Shown: in pieces, positions 1 to 8,370 of the stretch
How the letters are laid out: every line of letters begins with the position of its first letter
Position numbering within the stretch: the first letter of the stretch is position 1
NCBI GenBank assembly: GCA_003663175.1
Contig: QMZM01000018.1
Coordinates: forward strand, 1 to 15,433
DNA from: Candidatus Altiarchaeales archaeon
Lineage (GTDB): Archaea; Altiarchaeota; Altiarchaeia; IMC4; QMZM01
Reading direction: 5' to 3'
DNA: 15,433 nt
Position numbers and translations under genes: made by a program
Notes under the pieces: generated by a model
What the model was told of the DNA's origin: nothing
The model's input: only the letters and a program-made list of their open reading frames with translations
Databases searched by the model: none

Positions 1-1755
1 AGTGTAGTAGTTTGTGTAGATGTTTGTCCCCAATTGCTTTGTGGTGTTCCAGTTGTTTTGGTAGATGGTTCCAGTAAAATTTATGTTTACAGAGTTGTTT
101 AGCAGGTTGTTGTAGATGTAGTTTGAGCTTGAACTATCGATATAAATTCCATACTTTGAATTTCCTAAGATTGTGGAGTTTGTTATTGTGTTGGAATTTG
201 AACGGATGATATAGATTCCGTAGGTATTATTCTCTGCTCTTAGATTAGTGAAGTTGTTGTTAAGATTATTATAAAAATAAATTCCTTCGCTGTTCTTTAC
301 AGTAATTTTGTCAAATACATTATTGTGACTCGTATAGTCGATATAAATTCCATATGATGTTATATTGGCTATAGTTATATTCTCAAAAGTGTTGGAGCAT
401 GCATATCTTAGAAGTATTCCTACATCACAATCGGTGACTGTAATATTTGCGAATTTGTTATACATTGGGTAATAAACATTATAACCAAGATAAATTCCTC
501 GGTAAAGATTTGCAAATACACTGTTCGTTATGTTTGTATACTTAGTTGCTATTAAAATCAAACCATTATTCTTTTTATCTGTATGGTTCATGGTTAGATT
601 ATCGATTGTTGAGTAATCCGCGCCGCACAGAATAATTTCTGAAACATTGTTATTCCAATTTTGGATATGGACAGAGGAGTTGAAGAAAACTATCGGCTTG
701 TTATCTGTTCCTGTAACATTTATGAACTGAGAGTGGCAATCCATAAAGTTTACTTTTGTGAAATAATAAATATCATAGTTGGTGTTATTAATAACTTTGA
801 CATTCTTTAAAATTGTGTGGTCTGAGTAATAAATATTCACACCGTATTTACTTCCTATTATAGTTATATCTGTTAAGTTGTTGTAATCCGACTCCTCAAG
901 TTTAATTCCGTTCTCACTCATGCTTAGGTTTGATAAGGATATGTTTGATAAGGAATTGTTATCTGAGTGAAGAAGATATATCACTGTAGCAAGATATGAC
1001 TCAGATTCAACCACCAAATTTTCCAGAGTATTTCCGTCAGCATTTCTCAAATAGATGGCTCTACCTCCCCAGCCAGTTACAGTGCAGTTTCTTATCGTGA
1101 TGTTTGTTAGCTCCTCTAAATCCCTGCTAATTACAATTCCACTCATTACAATTCCATAGCTTGTAGTCTCATTTCCATCAATGGTATTTCCTTGGCAATC
1201 CAAAACTACATTGTTCGCTGTTATATTGATGCAGGAAGGTATTGAGGAATTTATTATGCTATCGTTTAAATAATAGGTTCCTGAATCAACTAAGATTGCG
1301 CACCTCGAGAAATTTCCCCCTATACCTATTGTTCTGGTTCCAGATGAGTATGTTCCACTAGCGTCTGTGCAGTTTATATACCATGTGTGGTCTCCGGGAG
1401 CTAAAGTACCGTTTACTGTTAGCGTTGTTTCTGTGTTGTTCTGGACAGAAGAATTCTCGTCATGAAGAGTGCCATCTATATAGAGAGCGCACGAATAGGT
1501 TGAATTTGTAGTGCTGTACGAAATAAAGGTAAAGACGGGTGTCGTATTTAGAGTCTGGGTGAGGTTTGCTGGCGATAAAGAGGTATAGTATATAGTTCCA
1601 TGGGATTGTTGTGAAAAGAGGTCTGCCGTACTATTGCTCGCTCCAGCAATAAGGATGAGTGCGAGCGTAAAACATAAAATGAAACCAAAATCTAGCATCC
1701 TCAACATACCCACAGAATTCGAGGCTTTTACGGCATTAGATTTTATTATCTTCAT
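1..1755 (-). CDS. Secreted or surface right-handed parallel beta-helix (PbH1/NosD-like) repeat protein, N-terminal 585 aa. The C-terminus runs off the window start. It carries a signal peptide and is predicted to be heavily N-glycosylated.
   Basis: I translated the reverse complement by hand from 1755 down to 1. It is one open frame of 585 codons with no stop. The ORF track misses it only because it leaves the window. The N-terminus is MKIIKSNAVKASNSVGMLRMLDFGFILCFTLALILIAGASNS, with a hydrophobic h-region that is signal-peptide-like. Internal Met starts at 1708 and 1698 are alternatives. Repeated ~22-25-aa units such as ...NxxxxNNxI..N...YGIYI..S.NN.I.NN... (SYGIYIDYTSHNNVFDKITV, NTYGIYIIRSNSNTITNSTI, SKYGIYIDSSSSNYIYNNLL) are typical of parallel beta-helix repeats. 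Roughly 35 N-x-S/T sequons occur in 585 aa. Confidence 0.8.
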   Translation of the reverse strand, partial: MKIIKSNAVKASNSVGMLRMLDFGFILCFTLALILIAGASNSTADLFSQQSHGTIYYTSLSPANLTQTLNTTPVFTFISYSTTNSTYSCALYIDGTLHDENSSVQNNTETTLTVNGTLAPGDHTWYINCTDASGTYSSGTRTIGIGGNFSRCAILVDSGTYYLNDSIINSSIPSCINITANNVVLDCQGNTIDGNETTSYGIVMSGIVISRDLEELTNITIRNCTVTGWGGRAIYLRNADGNTLENLVVESESYLATVIYLLHSDNNSLSNISLSNLSMSENGIKLEESDYNNLTDITIIGSKYGVNIYYSDHTILKNVKVINNTNYDIYYFTKVNFMDCHSQFINVTGTDNKPIVFFNSSVHIQNWNNNVSEIILCGADYSTIDNLTMNHTDKKNNGLILIATKYTNITNSVFANLYRGIYLGYNVYYPMYNKFANITVTDCDVGILLRYACSNTFENITIANITSYGIYIDYTSHNNVFDKITVKNSEGIYFYNNLNNNFTNLRAENNTYGIYIIRSNSNTITNSTILGNSKYGIYIDSSSSNYIYNNLLNNSVNINFTGTIYQNNWNTTKQLGTNIYTNYYT

Positions 1756-1775
1756 TACAATCACCAAGATACGGC

Positions 1776-1790
1776 GACTTTTAAGTCCTA
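1776..1790 (-). promoter_or_regulatory. Candidate archaeal TATA box (minus-strand CTTAAAAG) centred about 27 nt upstream of the ATG at 1755. This would imply a leaderless or near-leaderless transcript of the surface-protein gene.
   Basis: The + strand has cttttaag at 1778-1785. The spacing to the ATG (1755-1753) matches the archaeal TATA-to-TSS distance of about -26/-27. There is no obvious SD-like purine tract before the ATG. Confidence 0.35.
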
Positions 1791-2221
1791 TAATCCTATA
1801 ACGATTTTGCCCTCAATCCTAAACATGTAATATTTTTTGATTCTGATATTAAATCTGAGTGTGAATGAATATTTCATGTAGGTGGTGTGCAAAATTCCTA
1901 CACGCTGAGAGTATAAAGGTGAAGTAATCTAAGGGGTTACATGCCATCACCACAATATACATTAATATCGTCATGACGAAACAGTAAAGTTTACGACTTC
2001 ACCGATCAGATTATGAAGTTATAGATAGCTGCGAATGACTCTATCCAAATTAATCCACTTTCCTTTCCAATGGTGGTAAAGTGTGCGGGACAAAGCCTTG
2101 ATTTCGGAACTCTACAGTCTCGGTTCATGAGGGAGTATATATAAACGATAATTTAGAATAAATACTGCCGCAATTGTAATTATTAAATTTCCAATAACTG
2201 ACAATTACATCAAAAAATCGA

Positions 2222-2557
2222 TTAATCTTTTGTCTCTCCCAAGACCTCCTTCATAAGACTAATGCTAAGATCCAATACCTCAACCAATTTCCTTCTCGTT
2301 GATTCGATGTCCTCCGAATTTAGTTGAATCTCCTGCAGCGCCTTTCCCAATGTGTTGCAACCCACAATACTCTCGATCCATGCTGCAAAGTCATTTCTAT
2401 TGTCCATATGAAATGCTATAACATCCCCGGGAACAATTTCAATTGCATTTCTGAGCCCCTCTATGTCATGGATTTCTGCTATAACCACATCATGGTCTCT
2501 CTTCAATTTGAATGAATTCTCGCTTTCAACTGGTCTGAGATAATTTTTTATTTCCAT
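2222..2557 (-). CDS. Hypothetical small soluble protein (111 aa)
   Basis: Clean ORF with a 43-nt gap downstream of the MFS gene on the same strand. I recognise no motif. No TM segments or Cys clusters. Confidence 0.5.
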   Translation of the reverse strand: MEIKNYLRPVESENSFKLKRDHDVVIAEIHDIEGLRNAIEIVPGDVIAFHMDNRNDFAAWIESIVGCNTLGKALQEIQLNSEDIESTRRKLVEVLDLSISLMKEVLGETKD

Positions 2558-2600
2558 TTTTCTGCTTCATTTAATAAATTTCCATTTTTAAAATATAAAG

Positions 2601-3776
2601 TTAGCGGTTTTCCCTTCGAAATATTGTTAAGAGGAATAAAACCGCAATGAGGCTCATTATTCCGCCATAGATAAATGTCATCTCATGTGAAATATTCCAG
2701 AGGAATCCCGCTATTACACTTGAAGGTAGAGTCATTATGCCATTTACCGTATGGAATGTTCCAAGTGCCGTTGACCTCACCCTTTCCTTAGATAAATCAG
2801 ATACATAAGCCCTCTGATTTCCATCGATTATTGCGTCTGCAATTCCATAGACTGAAAACAGAATGAGAAATGCCAGTAGAGAATTTAGATACGCAAATCC
2901 GAGGCATGTAAATGAAAAGAGAGCATAACCGAGAATAATAATCCTTTTTCTCCCAATTCTATCGGAGATGATTCCAAATGGAATTGAGAACATAACCTTA
3001 AATGTCTTGAATAATGCATATAGTAAAATTGGCACTGCAATTGCAAATTTTCCGGTAAGGGATTCTTCTACCCTGAGAATAAAGAACATATAACTGAAAT
3101 TTGCCAGCGCGAATATCCCGGAGATTAGGATAAATACTCTCAATTCCCTGGATAATCTTCTCAGATTTATTCTTAGGGTTGTATCAATTGGTTTTCTCTT
3201 CTTTTCCCTCACGAGGTAGAGCGGAAGTATTGACGAAAAGGAGATTATCGCAGCGATGAATATTATACTACTTAAACCAATATCAAAAAACCAGAACAAT
3301 ATAAAGGCAGAAATCGTTCCAAGAATTGCCCCGGCCTCATCAAATGCCCTGTGAATTCCAAATCCCTTGCCCTTTTCCCTCGGCATCGATTCCGAGAGTA
3401 TCGAGTCTCGTGGTGATGTCCTAATGCCCTTACCTACCCTCTCAAGCGAGGTAAACAACAACACATGTTGCCATTTGCTGGAGAATGACAACAGCAACTT
3501 GAATATTGCAGATGTAAGATAACCAGAACAGACAAATACCTTCCTCTTCCCAGTTTTGTCGGATAAATAACCACTGATCACATTCAATAAACTTGAGACA
3601 CTATCTCTTAAACCTGCAATCAATCCGATCTCAATTCCCCCACCACCAAGTAATTTTATGAAGACTGGAAGAATTGGTATTATCATCTCGCTGCTCAGGT
3701 CATTCAAGAAACTTACTATTCCTAAGAGAATAACATTTTTTCCTCCCGGAATGGTGTTCTTTTCTCCAATTCTCAT
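2601..3776 (-). CDS. Major facilitator superfamily (MFS) transporter
   Basis: About 12 hydrophobic segments. The MFS signature loop between TM2 and TM3 is GYLSDKTGKRKVF (G-x-L-aD-r-x-G-r-r/k). It is repeated in the second half as GIISDRIGRKRIIILG. The ATG overlaps the stop of the upstream gene (ATGA at 3773-3776). Confidence 0.85.
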   Translation of the reverse strand: MRIGEKNTIPGGKNVILLGIVSFLNDLSSEMIIPILPVFIKLLGGGGIEIGLIAGLRDSVSSLLNVISGYLSDKTGKRKVFVCSGYLTSAIFKLLLSFSSKWQHVLLFTSLERVGKGIRTSPRDSILSESMPREKGKGFGIHRAFDEAGAILGTISAFILFWFFDIGLSSIIFIAAIISFSSILPLYLVREKKRKPIDTTLRINLRRLSRELRVFILISGIFALANFSYMFFILRVEESLTGKFAIAVPILLYALFKTFKVMFSIPFGIISDRIGRKRIIILGYALFSFTCLGFAYLNSLLAFLILFSVYGIADAIIDGNQRAYVSDLSKERVRSTALGTFHTVNGIMTLPSSVIAGFLWNISHEMTFIYGGIMSLIAVLFLLTIFRRENR

Positions 3777-4768
3777 TTTCTTATCTTGGTTAGAATACCG
3801 AAATACCTAAATATAAGAATTGAGGATATTAAAATAAGAATCGCAATTCTGATGTCCCTCAGGACCAGATATCCCAAAATCAGAATTAAAACCGAAAGGA
3901 ATTTGAACATAAATCCAATTTCAAGGAATTTTATTCCAATGAATATTAATGGAATTGAGATGAGTAGGAGTGATATGGAGATCAATGAGATGAGAATTAC
4001 ATAATTTAATGCTAAGGTTATGTATCCTGTAAGAAATTCTCCATATTCTATACCATTGGAATTCTCAATAACTGGGATTAAAGAAATAGAAACCAAGAGC
4101 AAAAGTAGGATTAATGCCCCAATTTTATGCTCCATAAATGACCTGAGGAATTGTTTAAAATCTGCACTGCTTGGAGCAACCCCCAAGCCAAGACATATCT
4201 GCATATACAGCACGATAATCAATATCGGGTCAAAATTTATTTTAAATTGTAGATAGAAGAGACTCCATATTTTAATGAGCGACTTTAGGATGCCGTCCAT
4301 TGACTCTACATCTAAAATCTTCACAGTAATCAAATCGTTGCCAGAATATGAGTTATAGAAATTAAATAAAGCAACTAAAAGCAGACCGCATCCAATGAAT
4401 GGCGCAATTCCAATAAAAAGGGTTTTAATTGGAATTAATATGTCATCCTTACATCTATATCTAACCTCACCCAAGGTTCCATTTTTCATATCTGGACGAA
4501 ATAATGAGATATCCATTACTTGACATCCAAGCAATTTGGCGGCGATATAGTGAGAGAGTTCGTGCATCACCGTTCCCGGGAAAATTAAAAGCAGGAATAG
4601 TCTTCTTCCAACACTTGAAAATATATAAATCTCCAAAAAATCATTCAATGATATTTGTATTGCAAACAATGCGGGGATTAGGGAATAATTTCTAAGAGCG
4701 CTATCATATAATAAAAACCACAGAAGTGCCGAAATCAGGACGAATGAAAATATTGTTATTATTCTCAT
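3773..4768 (-). CDS. Polytopic membrane protein with an intramembrane HExxH motif. It may be an M50/site-2-protease-like zinc metalloprotease.
   Basis: Several TM helices. PGTVMHELSHYIAAKLLGCQV resembles the M50 HExxHxxxAxxxG signature embedded in a TM helix. A later ...VESMDGIL... may correspond to the LDG motif. It is translationally coupled (ATGA overlap) to the MFS gene. The family assignment is tentative. Confidence 0.5.
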   Translation of the reverse strand: MRIITIFSFVLISALLWFLLYDSALRNYSLIPALFAIQISLNDFLEIYIFSSVGRRLFLLLIFPGTVMHELSHYIAAKLLGCQVMDISLFRPDMKNGTLGEVRYRCKDDILIPIKTLFIGIAPFIGCGLLLVALFNFYNSYSGNDLITVKILDVESMDGILKSLIKIWSLFYLQFKINFDPILIIVLYMQICLGLGVAPSSADFKQFLRSFMEHKIGALILLLLLVSISLIPVIENSNGIEYGEFLTGYITLALNYVILISLISISLLLISIPLIFIGIKFLEIGFMFKFLSVLILILGYLVLRDIRIAILILISSILIFRYFGILTKIRK

Positions 4769-4840
4769 TGCATTAATCTATCTTAATCGAATAAATATAA
4801 TTTAGAATATAAATTTAGGATACAATTTTAGAATGTTAGA
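4769..4840. promoter_or_regulatory. Divergent intergenic region with AT-rich TATA-like elements serving the membrane-protein/MFS operon on - and the DRG GTPase gene on +.
   Basis: aataaatataat (about 4790-4801) sits about 25 nt upstream of the - strand ATG at 4768. gaatataaattt (about 4806-4818) sits about 29 nt upstream of the + strand ATG at 4841. Confidence 0.3.
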
Positions 4841-5935
4841 ATGCCGACAATTGAAGAAAGGATAAGGGAAATTGAGGAAGAGATAAGGAAAACTCCATAT
4901 AATAAAAAGACTCAGCACCATATAGGTAGGCTAAAGGCAAAACTTGCAAGACTGAGGGAAGAATTAATATCGAGAGGCGGCGGGGGTGGTGCAAGAACAG
5001 AGGGCATCAGAAAGTTTGGTGATGCGAGTGTTGCATTAGTCGGTTTTCCGTCCGTTGGAAAATCAACCCTGTTGAATAAATTGACAAATGTTAAGTCAAA
5101 AATTGCAGAATACGAGTTCACAACCCTGAGCGTAATCCCCGGGATGATGAAGTATAATGGGGCAGATATTCAGTTAATTGATTTGCCCGGGATTATAGAG
5201 GGAGCATCGATCGGTAGAGGAAGGGGGAAAGAAATTCTCTCGGTGATTAGGAATATGGATTTAATTCTGATAATTGTTGATGCCTTAAGGATTGAGCAAC
5301 TCGGGATTATAGAGGATGAACTATACAAGATTGGAATTAGGCTAAATCAAAGGCGCCCAGATATTAAGATAGAGAGAAAGCACAGTGGAGGGATTCATAT
5401 TATCTCAAATAAGAATCTAAAAATTAAAAAAGAATTAATCAAGGAAATTCTCAACGAATATAAGATTCATTCCGCAGATGTAACGATCCATGAAGAAGTT
5501 GATGAGGAGAAGATTATAGATGCCATAGTCGGAAACAGAGTCTATATTCCATCGATCATCGTAATTAATAAGATAGACCTCCTTGATGACTTAAATTCAT
5601 TAAATTCAATTGGAGAGAAGATCAAGAGAGAATTTATTCCAATATCTGCGAAGAATGGAACGAATCTTGATGTGTTGAAGGATGAGATATTTAGGAGATT
5701 GGGATTTATAAGGATTTATATGAAGCCCCCCGGTAAAGAGGCAGATATGGAAGAGCCATTGATAATGAAGAGTGGTTCGAGAATTATAGATGTATGTGAT
5801 AAAATTCACCAGGATATTAAGAAGGGATTTAGATATGCGAGGGTCTGGGGAAATTCCGTAAGATTCGATGGTCAGATTGTTGGCTTGGAGCATGAGGTTA
5901 AGGATGGGGATATAGTTACAATTATAACGAGATGA
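4841..5935 (+). CDS. Developmentally regulated GTP-binding protein (DRG/Rbg1-type, Obg-family GTPase) with a C-terminal TGS domain
   Basis: N-terminus MPTIEERIREIEEEIRKTPYNKKTQHHIGRLKAKLARLREEL followed by a Gly-rich stretch, as in DRG1/2. G1 is GFPSVGKST, G3 is DLPG, G4 is NKID. The C-terminal GDIVTIIT is TGS-like. Confidence 0.9.
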   Translation: MPTIEERIREIEEEIRKTPYNKKTQHHIGRLKAKLARLREELISRGGGGGARTEGIRKFGDASVALVGFPSVGKSTLLNKLTNVKSKIAEYEFTTLSVIPGMMKYNGADIQLIDLPGIIEGASIGRGRGKEILSVIRNMDLILIIVDALRIEQLGIIEDELYKIGIRLNQRRPDIKIERKHSGGIHIISNKNLKIKKELIKEILNEYKIHSADVTIHEEVDEEKIIDAIVGNRVYIPSIIVINKIDLLDDLNSLNSIGEKIKREFIPISAKNGTNLDVLKDEIFRRLGFIRIYMKPPGKEADMEEPLIMKSGSRIIDVCDKIHQDIKKGFRYARVWGNSVRFDGQIVGLEHEVKDGDIVTIITR

Positions 5936-5945
5936 TCCGAGATGA

Positions 5946-6140
5946 TTAAGACTCACCCTCCTTCTTCTTCACCCTTGTTATATAACCAGCAATCTTATTT
6001 CTCATCGTCTTTGATTCGACATTACTAAACTCCTGAACCTTCCTCTTGTTTGTTTCAAAATCTGTTGTAAATTCATCACCATATTCCTCCAAGAGTTTGT
6101 CCGCAATCCTCTTCAAAAATGCCTGTTTTATTCTCCCCAT
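5946..6140 (-). CDS. rps17e: 30S ribosomal protein S17e (eS17)
   Basis: [38 protein letters not shown]...[11 protein letters not shown] matches the conserved eS17 N-terminal pattern MGxIrxxxiKRxa..L.ekY...F..DFe.NK..v.e......K.[11 protein letters not shown]. Confidence 0.85.
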   Translation of the reverse strand: MGRIKQAFLKRIADKLLEEYGDEFTTDFETNKRKVQEFSNVESKTMRNKIAGYITRVKKKEGES

Positions 6141-6146
6141 TCCACA

Positions 6147-7010
6147 TCACCTATATAATAGATCCCAAATTGTTATTTCTTCATCATCCTCGACCCTAAC
6201 AATTTGTGGTTCCCCCTCAATTCCAGCCAATTCTGAAGCAACCTCTATTGCCTTGTCCATTCCACCAATATAATCAATTAACCCCAAATCCTTTGCATCT
6301 TTCCCAAGATATATGCTTCCATCGGAGATATTCCTGACATATTCTGGAGAGAGATTTCTATTCTTTGCAACATCATTTATGAAGTCGTTATAGACATCAT
6401 CAACTATCTCTTGCAATTCCCTTTTTTCTTCTTCCGTCATTTCTCTATATGGACTTCCAATGTCCTTTACATCGCCGGACTTTATAACAGTAACATTTAT
6501 TCCAATCTTTTTATATAATTCATAATAATGTTTAATTGTCATAATAACACCAATACTGCCAGTTATTGAATTCTCATCCGCAACGATCTTATCTGCCCCA
6601 GAAGCGACATAATATGCCCCCGAAGCTCCAACCTCTCCAATCCACGCAACAACGGGCTTTTTACACTCCTTTACAGCCCTCATTAATTCTCTGCTCGCGA
6701 CAACACTTCCACCGCCGGAATTTATATCGAGAATTATTGCCTTTGTAAATGGATCGCCATCCTCTCTCTTAATTATCTCCTTTAATTTTCTTACATTTGC
6801 ACACTGGGGTGTTTCAAGGATAGTTGCCTGACAACCCTCAATTGTTATCTCACCCTTTATTGGAATTACTGCTATCTTGTTTCCAATTCTGGGCACCTCA
6901 CCACTTAAAATTCCCACAATGAAAAATGTCATTCCCATAATCCCCAAAATGAACAGAAAGATTGCCCCAATCGTAATCAAAATCTTCCACTTCCTTTTCA
7001 TCCAACTCAC
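6147..7010 (-). CDS. sppA: Signal peptide peptidase SppA (S49 family, 36K type). It has an N-terminal TM anchor.
   Basis: N-terminal TM helix, then the ClpP/crotonase-fold S49 signature ...AIILDINSGGGSVVASRELMRAVKE...PVVAWIGEVGASGAYYVASGADKIVADENSITGSIGV... Confidence 0.85.
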   Translation of the reverse strand: MSWMKRKWKILITIGAIFLFILGIMGMTFFIVGILSGEVPRIGNKIAVIPIKGEITIEGCQATILETPQCANVRKLKEIIKREDGDPFTKAIILDINSGGGSVVASRELMRAVKECKKPVVAWIGEVGASGAYYVASGADKIVADENSITGSIGVIMTIKHYYELYKKIGINVTVIKSGDVKDIGSPYREMTEEEKRELQEIVDDVYNDFINDVAKNRNLSPEYVRNISDGSIYLGKDAKDLGLIDYIGGMDKAIEVASELAGIEGEPQIVRVEDDEEITIWDLLYR

Positions 7011-7076
7011 CAGGGTATTGATTAAGTTAATAAGACATGACCCTCTCTATTATCTCTTGTTATTTTTGTATTAGAG

Positions 7077-7150
7077 TGCGGTCGCCGGGATTTGAACCCG
7101 GGTCGCGGGCTTGGCAAGCCCGAGTGATAACCAGACTACACTACGACCGC
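7077..7150 (-). tRNA. tRNA-Gly (anticodon GCC), 74 nt, no intron, CCA not encoded
   Basis: The reverse complement GCGGTCGTAGTGTAGTCTGGTTATCACTCGGGCTTGCCAAGCCCGCGACCCGGGTTCAAATCCCGGCGACCGCA folds as a cloverleaf. The 7-bp acceptor stem is GCGGTCG/CGACCGC. The anticodon stem is CGGGC/GCCCG with loop TTGCCAA. The T-arm is CCGGG-TTCAAAT-CCCGG. The discriminator is A. A TATA-like element (taaataaa) lies about 25-32 nt upstream on the - strand. Confidence 0.9.
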
Positions 7151-7264
7151 TAAATCACGAATCATGAAATGTTGATTTATTTAGGATTATTGGGATACAA
7201 TTATTATTTTAGGATAATTAATAAACTTATAAGGATGTAAGAAATAAATATTTGGATTGAAAAA

Positions 7265-8263
7265 ATGCACGAGTCGGTTTTCTTATTATTTATTTTATCA
7301 TTCATCGGCACTTATCTCATGACTCCTTGGATAATACCAAAACTGAGAAGAGCAAAGATTACTGGAAAGGACATGAATAAACCCGGAATGCCGGAGATTC
7401 CGGAGATGGGTGGTTTTGCAATCGTCTTTGGCACCTCCTTAGGTGTTTTGACAGCGATCGCGGCTTATACATTCTCTGAACAGATTTATTCCATTACCGG
7501 GCTTACATTATTTCCAGAACTTAGACTTGAACTCATATTTGCTTCTCTATCAACAATTCTCATAATCTCGATAATTGGGATATTTGATGATTTATTCTCT
7601 ATGAGGCAAATTGTTAAGGCTTTATTGCCATTATTTGCAGCACTTCCATTGGTTGCTGTAAAGGCTGGAACAACAAAGATGGTAATTCCATTTATCGGCT
7701 CTATAGAATTCGGTATACTCTACATTCTAATTCTTGTTCCAATAGGAATTACCGGGGCGTCAAATGTTACAAATATGCTCGCTGGTTTTAACGGGCTTGA
7801 GGCGGGAATGGGATTGGTTGCATGTTTATCCCTGGCATTTATTGCATTCAAAACAAATAATCCCGAGAGTTTTATAATTCTAATCGCCATTAGTGGTGCG
7901 CTGCTAGCATTTTTATTCTATAACTGGTATCCCGCAAAGATATTAATCGGCGATATCGGAACCCTGACAATAGGTGCTGCGATCTCCTCTGCAGTAATTG
8001 TTGGAAATTTTGAGACCGCTGGAATAATCGTGATAATTCCGTATGCCATTGATTTTTTTATAAAGGCAATAAATGGATTTCCATCAGGCGATTGGTGGGG
8101 CACATGCATAAATGGAAAATTATACTGCAAAAAAAAGCCAATAAGTTTTTGTCAGTGGATAATGAAGCTTAGTAATGGAATCTCTGAGCAGAATTTGGTT
8201 TTATCATTAATTTTCTTTGAATTTATCTGTGGAATTATCGCAATTTTAATATTTTCTATTTAA
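7265..8263 (+). CDS. aglH: UDP-GlcNAc:dolichyl-phosphate GlcNAc-1-phosphate transferase (AglH/GPT/WecA/MraY superfamily). It is the initiating enzyme of N-glycan assembly.
   Basis: Polytopic membrane protein with the family motifs IGIFDDLFSM (DDxxD), NVTNMLAGFNGLEAG (Nxx-N-x-x-DG/NG-L) and YPAKILIGDIGTLTIGAAI (cf. akiFmGDtGSL). Confidence 0.8.
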   Translation: MHESVFLLFILSFIGTYLMTPWIIPKLRRAKITGKDMNKPGMPEIPEMGGFAIVFGTSLGVLTAIAAYTFSEQIYSITGLTLFPELRLELIFASLSTILIISIIGIFDDLFSMRQIVKALLPLFAALPLVAVKAGTTKMVIPFIGSIEFGILYILILVPIGITGASNVTNMLAGFNGLEAGMGLVACLSLAFIAFKTNNPESFIILIAISGALLAFLFYNWYPAKILIGDIGTLTIGAAISSAVIVGNFETAGIIVIIPYAIDFFIKAINGFPSGDWWGTCINGKLYCKKKPISFCQWIMKLSNGISEQNLVLSLIFFEFICGIIAILIFSI

Positions 8264-8370
8264 GACTGATGAAAAATTCGGTGAAAAATAGAACTTAACT
8301 TAAGAAAATTTGCACATCTCTCGCATATTTATTTAATTAAAAGTTGTAATAGTAATAAGAACAAATAAAG

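Noticed and set aside
1880-1955. C/D-box sRNA or other defined ncRNA in the long intergenic region
   Set aside because: No RUGAUGA/CUGA box pair and no terminal-stem arrangement could be found by eye. Only a short 6-bp inverted repeat is present. It is kept as a low-interest finding rather than a feature.
7077-7150. tRNA-Gly as an integration site (attB) for a mobile element carrying the VirB4/pilin cluster
   Set aside because: The DNA adjacent to the tRNA 3' end (positions below 7077) encodes core housekeeping genes (SppA, S17e, DRG GTPase). The T4SS-like cluster is about 4.4 kb away on the 5' side, behind aglH and the SPFH operon. No integrase and no direct repeat of the tRNA 3' segment were seen in the window.
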